From positions 1 to 59,584 of the forward strand of contig CAYOTK010000007.1 in assembly GCA_964406895.1 (NCBI GenBank): a stretch of DNA of 59,584 nt, given 5' to 3'. The notes below the pieces were generated by a model. The model was not told where the DNA came from. It saw only the letters and a program-made list of their open reading frames with translations, and did no database searches. Below are positions 17,482 through 24,864 of the stretch, piece after piece. Numbering within the stretch: the stretch's first letter is position 1; each line of letters starts with the position of its first letter. A program made the translations under genes and the position numbers. The DNA comes from an uncultured Candidatus Saccharibacteria bacterium (lineage in GTDB: Bacteria; Patescibacteriota; Minisyncoccia; Phycocordibacterales; PALSA-1337).

Positions 17482-18114
17482 ATGCAAAAAGCAAAATCAA
17501 AATTCATAGTCATAGAAGGTGGGGAAGGTTCAGGGAAATCATCACTTATTTCATATGCAAAAGAATATTTCGGTAATCGAGTAATAGTAACTCGCGAACC
17601 GGGAGGATCAGAATATGCGGAGACAATTCGCGAAGTTGCGCTCAAGAATGCTCTTGCGAAACAGGCATGTTCAGAGACCATGATGTGTCTTATGTTTGCC
17701 GCTCGTTATGATCATATAAAAAACAAGATTAAGCCAGCATTAGAAGAGGGCAAAATAATTATTTCAGATCGTTTCGATGGTTCCTCTTATGCCTACAATG
17801 TATGGGCTCAATCTGAGGGAAGGGTAGATAAACTTTTTTGGAATCTTAGAGAGGTTATGGATATCAAACCAGATGTTTATGTATTTGTTGATGTGGAGAT
17901 AAGCGAAGGATTGAAAAGAGCCAGAACTAGAAATAAGAGCACAGAAGAAGGTAATCATTTTGATGATAGAGAGGTGGCATTTCATAAGAAAGTAAAAGAG
18001 GGTTATGTCAAGTTTCTTTCGCATGTTCATCATGTTACAGTTGATGCAAATAGACCCCTCGAAGAAGTGAAAAAGAGCTTTGTCGAAACTCTCGAAAAAA
18101 TTTTCAATAGTTAA
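17482..18114 (+). CDS. tmk: Thymidylate kinase
   Basis: FIVIEGGEGSGKSS P-loop and ISDRFDGSSYAY (DR motif). Confidence 0.9.
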   Translation: MQKAKSKFIVIEGGEGSGKSSLISYAKEYFGNRVIVTREPGGSEYAETIREVALKNALAKQACSETMMCLMFAARYDHIKNKIKPALEEGKIIISDRFDGSSYAYNVWAQSEGRVDKLFWNLREVMDIKPDVYVFVDVEISEGLKRARTRNKSTEEGNHFDDREVAFHKKVKEGYVKFLSHVHHVTVDANRPLEEVKKSFVETLEKIFNS

Positions 18115-18128
18115 TAAATAATCATAAA

Positions 18129-19373
18129 ATGAAAGACCCTCAAATCAAAAAGCTCATAGAAGCCGAGAAGAAGCGCCAGAAAAAAGTGATCAATCTCATA
18201 GCTTCAGAAAATTACGTATCCAAAGATGTTTTGGAAGCTCTTGGTTCTGAATTGGTAAACAAGTACGCAGAAGGCTATCCAGGTAAACGTTATTACGGGG
18301 GTAATGAAATAATCGATAAAGTAGAAGAGTTGTGCAAAGAGAGAGCGCTCAAGGCTTTCGGTCTAGTAGGTCCCTCGATTCGCTCGCAGAGCGAGCTCAC
18401 TCGGGGCAATTCGCCTCTGGTGAATTGGTCGGTCAATGTGCAACCTCTTTCAGGCTCTCCTGCCAATACAGCGGTTTATCTAGCTCTCGTACCTGTCGGT
18501 GGCAAAATCATGGGCATGTCCCTCGATCATGGAGGTCATCTTACTCATGGTCATAAAGTTTCTATTTCAGGAAAGGTCTGGCAACAGATTCCATTTGGAC
18601 TATCAAAAGAAACAGAGAGAATTGATTATGAGTCATTGAGGCATTTGGCCATGAATGAAAAGCCAGCTATTATCGTCGCTGGTTTTACTGCTTATCCAAG
18701 AATTATTGATTGGAAAAAGTTTAGAGAAATCGCCGACGCTTGTGGAGCATATTTCATGGTAGACATGTCTCACATTGCAGGCCTCGTTGCTGGTGGTGTT
18801 TATCCTTCACCTTTTGAATACGCGGATATTGTTACAACTACTACTCACAAAACATTGAGAGGTCCAAGGGCCGCTCTCATATTTTCGAAAATAGATGAAA
18901 GAGAAATATACAAGAAGATAGACAAAGCCGTTTTCCCAGGAATTCAAGGCGGTCCTCACGAGAATCAAATCGCTGCCGTCGCCGTTGCTCTCAAGGAGGC
19001 AAGTTCTCCTGCTTTCAAAAAATACGCCAAGCAAGTCGTGAAGAATGCACATGTTTTGGCAGAAGATTTGAAGTCTTTTGGTTGGAAGATCATTTCTGGT
19101 GGTACTGACTCACACCTTATTCTCGTTGATACTTGGAATGGTGGAGTGAAAAATAATAAAGGTGCAGGTGCGGTAGCGGGCAAGAATGCCAGTGACAGAC
19201 TAGAAAAGGCGGGCATAATCGTTAACAAGAATGCAATTCCTTTTGATACACGTCCGCCAGCAGATCCTTCTGGTATTCGTTTGGGTACAGCAGCTGAAAC
19301 GACCAGGGGAAGAAAAGAAAAAGATTTCCACAAAATTGCAAAGACTATTGACAAGATTCTGAAGGGGGAGTAG
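18129..19373 (+). CDS. glyA: Serine hydroxymethyltransferase, carrying a roughly 19-aa in-frame insert
   Basis: ASENYVS, VNVQPLSGSPAN, HGGHLTHG and TTTTHKTLRGPR (PLP lysine). There is extra sequence VGPSIRSQSELTRGNSPLV between AFGL and NWSVNVQP. Confidence 0.93.
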   Translation: MKDPQIKKLIEAEKKRQKKVINLIASENYVSKDVLEALGSELVNKYAEGYPGKRYYGGNEIIDKVEELCKERALKAFGLVGPSIRSQSELTRGNSPLVNWSVNVQPLSGSPANTAVYLALVPVGGKIMGMSLDHGGHLTHGHKVSISGKVWQQIPFGLSKETERIDYESLRHLAMNEKPAIIVAGFTAYPRIIDWKKFREIADACGAYFMVDMSHIAGLVAGGVYPSPFEYADIVTTTTHKTLRGPRAALIFSKIDEREIYKKIDKAVFPGIQGGPHENQIAAVAVALKEASSPAFKKYAKQVVKNAHVLAEDLKSFGWKIISGGTDSHLILVDTWNGGVKNNKGAGAVAGKNASDRLEKAGIIVNKNAIPFDTRPPADPSGIRLGTAAETTRGRKEKDFHKIAKTIDKILKGE

Positions 19374-19380
19374 TATCTTG

Positions 19381-19656
19381 TCTGAAACCCCTATGGCTGT
19401 ACGACATTCGGCCCAGACCGAGTAAGTCGTGAAGTCAACGGAGTTCCGTTGAAATATAGGGGCTCACGCCCCTAGAAGGAGGTGGGACGTCGTCCATCCG
19501 GTAAAGAATGGTCCAACTGATACCTGGGCCCAATCGGTCACGGCCGTCCACCTTCTAACCCTGCGCCGCAGGGCGACACCTTATGCTCCGAGTCCACGCC
19601 GAAAGGCAATTTCTAGGACAAAGAGGAATTGGTGTCGCCCGCGGCCTTTTCTTTTG
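19381..19656 (+). ncRNA. Unclassified G+C-rich structured RNA or leader ending in a terminator-like stem and U-tract
   Basis: Helices 19401-05/19426-30 (inner 19408-11/19418-21), 19436-41/19446-51, 19457-63/19468-74, 19475-89/19445-55 shifted to 19545-55, and 19517-21/19533-37 (which has a U.G pair only on the plus strand). GAAA tetraloop hairpin at 19598-19607. A 15-bp stem 19565-80/19631-45 is followed by UUUUCUUUU. Confidence 0.5.
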
Positions 19657-19688
19657 TCTGATTTCAGCTGAACTGATAAAATTATTCA

Positions 19689-20048
19689 ATGACTAAAGGC
19701 AACGCATTTTTTCTTTCAGTGTTTATAACTATTATTGTTGCGCGATTATCTGTTGTGCTGTTTCCTGAGTCAGATATTTATATTTTTGGTTTGAACTTTC
19801 ATCATTTCTGGACGGGCTTAATCATCATCTTACTTAGTTTGTTCTTGATAAAAACCAAATCCTCTTTGGGAATAATAATTTTCGGTATAGGTGCGGGTCT
19901 CGTGTCAGATCAATTAGTTTTTATGCTTTTGGGAGGTGGCGGTGATAAGGAATACTGGTCTTTCATTCCTACTTCATCAGTTTTAATAATTATCTGTATT
20001 GTTTTTCGTGTCAGGAAGTATTTAAGTTTTTTTGTTGAAACTAAGTAA
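19689..20048 (+). CDS. Hypothetical small membrane protein (about 4 TM)
   Basis: 119 aa, very hydrophobic, with a GGGGD loop. No CrcB or SMR signature motifs. Confidence 0.6.
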   Translation: MTKGNAFFLSVFITIIVARLSVVLFPESDIYIFGLNFHHFWTGLIIILLSLFLIKTKSSLGIIIFGIGAGLVSDQLVFMLLGGGGDKEYWSFIPTSSVLIIICIVFRVRKYLSFFVETK

Positions 20049-20139
20049 TGAGGCTCTGATCGGCTTGTATTTTGGCGAATTAATGTTAATGTTTTTTGTA
20101 GAACAGTAACTCTAAACGTCGGTAAAAGTAACTCGTCAT

Positions 20140-20544
20140 ATGTCAACAATGAATCCAAGAGAAGCTTTGCTCAGAATCTTTGAGAAGCTGGTTGGTCGAG
20201 AGTGCGGATCCTTTGTGCCTGGGGAAATCTGGGTTCTCAGAGGACAATACGGTCTTCAAGGGACCCCTACTGTTTTGCGGGTTTATATCGTCAACTTGCG
20301 AGGTTATGATGGGGTTGGTGGGACAACTTGCCTTGCTTTGTATTATGATCACACGAATGGTGGTGGTGAAGTTATGAACCTTAAGACCGGCGACGATCCG
20401 AGGGTTGGTAAAGTTGAGTTTTGTACGAGTGGTGTGATGCTTGCGCCGGCCGATCCATCGTTGCTGGTTTGTGGACAAGTTCTCGTCGAATTCAACCGTT
20501 TGGTTTCCGGTCCTGACGGAGTGGCGCAGATTTTTACTCCATAG
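20140..20544 (+). CDS. Hypothetical protein, G+C-rich compositional outlier
   Basis: 134-aa ORF with protein-like composition. The antisense 173-aa ORF is R/K/T-rich junk. A strong plus-strand terminator lies downstream. Confidence 0.55.
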   Translation: MSTMNPREALLRIFEKLVGRECGSFVPGEIWVLRGQYGLQGTPTVLRVYIVNLRGYDGVGGTTCLALYYDHTNGGGEVMNLKTGDDPRVGKVEFCTSGVMLAPADPSLLVCGQVLVEFNRLVSGPDGVAQIFTP

Positions 20545-20596
20545 GACTGACCACTTTCTCGGTTTTCGTTGTGGTCGAGCCATCCGAGTTTTCGTC

Positions 20597-20631
20597 AACC
20601 GCCCCCTCCCAAAGAGGGGGTTGGCTTTTTC
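20597..20631 (+). terminator. Rho-independent terminator
   Basis: CCCCCTC-CCAAA-GAGGGGG followed by TTGGCTTTTT. Confidence 0.7.
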
Positions 20632-20684
20632 TATAAAACACATGACTAAGGCAAAATTTTTCAAAAATGCTAGAATGATTCATT

Positions 20685-23600
20685 ATGGACGAAAAGAAAA
20701 CAAACAAATCAACTCATTCTGAAAGAGAAGAGAAAATACTATCTTTTTGGAGAGAAAATCAGATTTTCGAAAAGACTTTGGAGAAAAACAAAAATAAAGG
20801 CAAAAACTTCGTCTTTTTCGAAGGACCACCAACTGCAAATGGCAAGCCAGGAATTCATCATCTAGAGGCGCGTGCTTTCAAGGACGCAATTCCTAGGTAC
20901 AAAACTATGTGTGGTTATCACGTGCGCAGGAAAGGGGGCTGGGATACTCACGGTTTGCCGGTTGAACTTCAGGTCGAGAAAGAACTAGGCTTGAAATCAA
21001 AAAAAGAAATAGAGAAATACGGCATCGCTCCATTCAATGAGAAATGCAAAGAAAGTGTTTGGAAATATGTCCATGAATGGGAAGAATTCACGGATAGGAT
21101 AGGTTATTGGGTAGATCTCAAAGATCCATACATAACATATAAACCGAAATACATAGAATCAGTATGGAATATTATAAAAGAAGTAGATAAGCAGAAACTT
21201 ATATACAAGGATTACAAAGTTGTACCTTGGTGTCCTCGATGTGGAACAGCTCTTTCGTCGCATGAATTGGCTCAAGGCTATGAAGATGTTAAAGATCTTT
21301 CTGTATACGTAAAATTCAAGGTCAAAAATCCTGAGAAGATTGGCTTGAAAGGCGATGTCTATCTTCTTGCGTGGACGACGACTCCGTGGACGTTGCCAGG
21401 GAATGTGGGGCTGGCTGTGGGAGAAAAGATTGAATATGTTGAGATAAGGTTAAAGCGCAAAACTCAAAGCTCAAAAGTGGACTCAGACAATGAAGAGACT
21501 ATTATTTTGGCGAAGGAAAGGTTGGAGAGTTTGACGAGTAAGGGAGAATTTGAAGAGGTTACAGGGAAGAGTTGGAAAGGCAAAGACCTCATCGGCTTGG
21601 AATATGAACCATTGTACCCATTCATTGTTGATAATATTTCAGGTGCAGAAAAAGAAAAATTGCAAAATGCTTATAAGGTTTATCCAGCAGATTTTGTTAC
21701 AACTACCGATGGTACAGGCATAGTTCATACAGCAGTAATGTATGGACAAGATGATTTCGAATTGGGAACAAAAGTCGGCTTACCGAAATATCATTTGGTC
21801 AATGAAGACGGCACTTTCAAGCTAGAAACAGGTTATTTGGCAGGCGCTTTCGTAAAGGATCCTGCAACTGATGTAGCTATAATCAAAGATTTGGCCGGTC
21901 GAGGTTCATTGTTTGCAAAAGAAAAATACGAGCACAGTTATCCTCATTGCTGGAGATGTCACACTTCGCTCATATATTATGCCCGTGACTCATGGTATAT
22001 AGCCATGTCCAAATTGCGTGACAAGCTCGTCGAAGAAAACAAGGATATTCATTGGGAACCTGAACACATCAAAGAAGGCAGATTCGGTGAATGGCTTTCT
22101 CAGATCAAAGATTGGGCAATTTCTCGCGAAAGATATTGGGGTACGCCTTTGCCAATATGGGTTTGTAATAATGAGAAGTGTGGTAAAAGGAAAGTAGTAG
22201 GCTCAAAAGTAGAATTGGAAAAGAAGTCTTCCAATACTTATTTTATCATGCGTCATGGTCAGTCAGAGAATAATGTTAAAGAAATATTAAACTCAGATGT
22301 TAAAAATGTATTTTCTCTAACAGAGAAGGGCCGGAATGATGTGCAGAAAACAGCCGAGATAATAAAAGAAAAATTTGATCTTATTATTTCTTCACCACTA
22401 CAAAGAACAAAAGAAACTGCGGAAATAGTAGCTAAAATAAATGGTTATAAGGCTTCCGATATTATTCTGGACAATAGACTTTTGGAAGTTGGTTTTGGTG
22501 AGTTAGAAGGCGCAAGCGAAGATAGTTATGCGAAGTTATTCTCAAACCGAAAAGATTTCTTCAATTTCGTGTCGAAAGGGGTTGAGTCTCGTCAGACCAT
22601 AAAAAAGCGTTCTTTGGATTTGTTGCAAGAATTAGAATCGAAATATAAGGGCAAAAAGATTTTGCTTGTTGGTCATAGCAGTCCCTTGTGGTTAATGACG
22701 GCTGTCGCAAACGGTCTCGATCTCGATGAAACTTTAACGATTAAGCCAAGAGGCGAAATCTTCATGAAAAACGCAGAACTCAGGCCTCTCGAATACAAAG
22801 TTATTCCAAGGAATGAGTATGGTGAGCTTGATCTTCATCGTCCTTTTATTGATGAGGTTTATTTTGACTGTTCTTGCGGGGGCAAAATGCAAAGAGTCAA
22901 AGAAGTCATGGACGTTTGGTTTGATTCTGGTTCAATGCCTTTTGCTCAGGATCATTATCCTTTCGAAAATAAAGAACTCATTGATAGTGTTTCTTATCCG
23001 GCTGATTATATTTCTGAAGCTATAGATCAGACTCGTGGTTGGTTCTATACTTTGCATGCAATCGGAGTTTTGATGGGCAAGGGCAAAGCATATAGAAATG
23101 TCATATGCCTCGGTCATATTCTCGACGAAAAAGGCAAGAAAATGTCCAAGTCTATCGGCAATGTCGTCAATCCTCAAGAAATGATGGATAAATATTGCGC
23201 AGATGCGCTGCGTTTTTGGATGTATTCTGTCAATCAACCAGGGGATTCCAAGAATTTTGACGAGAAAACTGTGGATGAGGTTGTAAAGAAAGTTTTCAAT
23301 CTCATAACCAATGTTTTGTCATTCTATAAACTTTACGATTCTGGCAAAAATTCCAAAGACGCGCGCCCGAAATCTCAACATGTACTCGATCGTTGGATAA
23401 TGATGAAGACTGATGAGCTTATTATCAAAGTAACGAAAGGTCTTGATAATTATGTTTTCCTCGAGCCAACTCGTTCAATCCGAGAATTCATTGCGGATTT
23501 GTCACAATGGTATTTGCGCAGGTCGCGTGACAGATTCAAGACAGAAGGGGAAGACAAAGAGCAAGTTTTGATAACAATGAAATACGTTCTTACAACGCTA

Positions 23601-24230
23601 GCCAAAGTTATGGCTCCGTTCACGCCTTTCTTGTCTGAATATGTTTATCGAGAAATCAGAGGCAAACTCGAGAGTGTTCATTTGGAAGATTGGCCTGTCG
23701 CCGAAACGGTTGATGCACAATTGTTGCAAGACATGGAAACAGTCAGAATCCTCGCTTCGAAAGGACTTGAATCCAGAATGAAAGCAGGAATAAATGTAAG
23801 ACAGCCACTTATGTCTTTGAAGCTAAAGAATTCCGTCGTTGTTGATTCGGATAAACTCAGCAATGAATTCTTGGAAATTATAAAAGATGAAGTGAATGTA
23901 AAAGAAGTTTTGTTTGATGATACTATAAATGGTGACGTTGAATTGGACACGAATATTACGCCTGAGCTAAAAGAGGAGGGTATGGTCCGAGAAGTTATTC
24001 GTGCAATTCAGGATCTACGCAAAGAAGCGGGGCTGACGGTCAATGATCGTGTGGTATTGATCGTGGGTACAGATGAAGAAGGCAATAATTTTGTTGAAAA
24101 GAATAAGGCAGAAATAATGAGAGTTACTTTGCTCAAAGAAATTAAGTTTGAAAATCAATCTCAAGATATTTCAAATAATAATATTGAAATTGGGGATTTG
24201 AAGATGAAATTGGGATTCAATAAAGAATAA
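20685..24230 (+). CDS. ileS: Isoleucine--tRNA ligase with an embedded histidine-phosphatase (PGM-like) domain
   Basis: PPTANGKPGIHHLEARA (HIGH), WCPRCGTAL, KMSKSIGN and DVWFDSGSMPF. An extra roughly 190 aa with FIMRHGQSENN, SSPLQRTKETAEI and LLVGHSSP lies between the zinc-knuckle region and DLHRPFID. Confidence 0.93.
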   Translation: MDEKKTNKSTHSEREEKILSFWRENQIFEKTLEKNKNKGKNFVFFEGPPTANGKPGIHHLEARAFKDAIPRYKTMCGYHVRRKGGWDTHGLPVELQVEKELGLKSKKEIEKYGIAPFNEKCKESVWKYVHEWEEFTDRIGYWVDLKDPYITYKPKYIESVWNIIKEVDKQKLIYKDYKVVPWCPRCGTALSSHELAQGYEDVKDLSVYVKFKVKNPEKIGLKGDVYLLAWTTTPWTLPGNVGLAVGEKIEYVEIRLKRKTQSSKVDSDNEETIILAKERLESLTSKGEFEEVTGKSWKGKDLIGLEYEPLYPFIVDNISGAEKEKLQNAYKVYPADFVTTTDGTGIVHTAVMYGQDDFELGTKVGLPKYHLVNEDGTFKLETGYLAGAFVKDPATDVAIIKDLAGRGSLFAKEKYEHSYPHCWRCHTSLIYYARDSWYIAMSKLRDKLVEENKDIHWEPEHIKEGRFGEWLSQIKDWAISRERYWGTPLPIWVCNNEKCGKRKVVGSKVELEKKSSNTYFIMRHGQSENNVKEILNSDVKNVFSLTEKGRNDVQKTAEIIKEKFDLIISSPLQRTKETAEIVAKINGYKASDIILDNRLLEVGFGELEGASEDSYAKLFSNRKDFFNFVSKGVESRQTIKKRSLDLLQELESKYKGKKILLVGHSSPLWLMTAVANGLDLDETLTIKPRGEIFMKNAELRPLEYKVIPRNEYGELDLHRPFIDEVYFDCSCGGKMQRVKEVMDVWFDSGSMPFAQDHYPFENKELIDSVSYPADYISEAIDQTRGWFYTLHAIGVLMGKGKAYRNVICLGHILDEKGKKMSKSIGNVVNPQEMMDKYCADALRFWMYSVNQPGDSKNFDEKTVDEVVKKVFNLITNVLSFYKLYDSGKNSKDARPKSQHVLDRWIMMKTDELIIKVTKGLDNYVFLEPTRSIREFIADLSQWYLRRSRDRFKTEGEDKEQVLITMKYVLTTLAKVMAPFTPFLSEYVYREIRGKLESVHLEDWPVAETVDAQLLQDMETVRILASKGLESRMKAGINVRQPLMSLKLKNSVVVDSDKLSNEFLEIIKDEVNVKEVLFDDTINGDVELDTNITPELKEEGMVREVIRAIQDLRKEAGLTVNDRVVLIVGTDEEGNNFVEKNKAEIMRVTLLKEIKFENQSQDISNNNIEIGDLKMKLGFNKE

Positions 24231-24251
24231 GAATATTGTTAATATGTAAAT

Positions 24252-24851
24252 ATGTATCATATTCACACAACGCCCGGTCTTATATTGGATTCGAAAAATT
24301 ATGGAGAGGCAGGCAAAATACTTCGAATTTTTACTCGGAACTACGGTTTGGTATCGGCAGTGGCGCAGGGTATAAGATTGGAAAAGTCTAAGCTTAGATA
24401 TTTCGCTCAAAATCATACCGTGGCCAATTTTTCTTTGGTGAAGGGTAAGGAATTCTGGAGACTGACGAGTGCATCTTCTGTATTAGAGACAAAAATAATC
24501 GATAACAGAGACAATAAAAAAAACATACAAATATTGATGGTGCGTATATGTAAAATGTTAGCAAGACTTTTGCAAGGAGAGGAGAGACATGAAGAATTGT
24601 TTGATATGGTTTGGGAGGGTATTGAATTCATGAATAAACAAGAACACATAGGGGAAGAGAGGCTGAAAATACTCGAATCGATAATAATGTATAAAATACT
24701 GAAAATTTTGGGTTATATAGGAGCGAACAATGAAATTGACAAAAGTCTTCATAATTTGTCGATCAGCGATTCGCTACTTGATGAAAATAAGAAAAATAGA
24801 AGTATTATAAATCAGCATGTGAATAAGGCCTTAGTAGAATCACATTTGTGA
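24252..24851 (+). CDS. recO: DNA repair protein RecO
   Basis: The N-terminal OB-fold pattern T.G.IL....YGE..K.L.IFT...G......A.G.R..KS is typical of RecO. Confidence 0.75.
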   Translation: MYHIHTTPGLILDSKNYGEAGKILRIFTRNYGLVSAVAQGIRLEKSKLRYFAQNHTVANFSLVKGKEFWRLTSASSVLETKIIDNRDNKKNIQILMVRICKMLARLLQGEERHEELFDMVWEGIEFMNKQEHIGEERLKILESIIMYKILKILGYIGANNEIDKSLHNLSISDSLLDENKKNRSIINQHVNKALVESHL

Positions 24852-24864
24852 TATAATATTCGAA

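Noticed and set aside
19381-19656. Assigning this RNA to RNase P, SRP, tmRNA, or a cobalamin, TPP, fluoride, guanidine or T-box riboswitch.
   Set aside because: The conserved strings I remember for these families are absent on both strands. Those strings include GGAAAGUCC and ACAGAA for RNase P, GGAAGCAGC-type SRP domain IV, the B12 box GCCACUG, and CUGAGA. The downstream 119-aa protein also lacks CrcB or SMR signatures. This is memory-based only, and a covariance-model search is needed.
20143-20664. The 173-aa minus-strand ORF as the real gene in the G+C-rich block upstream of ileS.
   Set aside because: Its R/K/T/N-rich composition is not protein-like. The strong terminator at 20597-20631 is oriented for the plus strand, so the plus-strand 134-aa ORF is the better, though still unproven, candidate.
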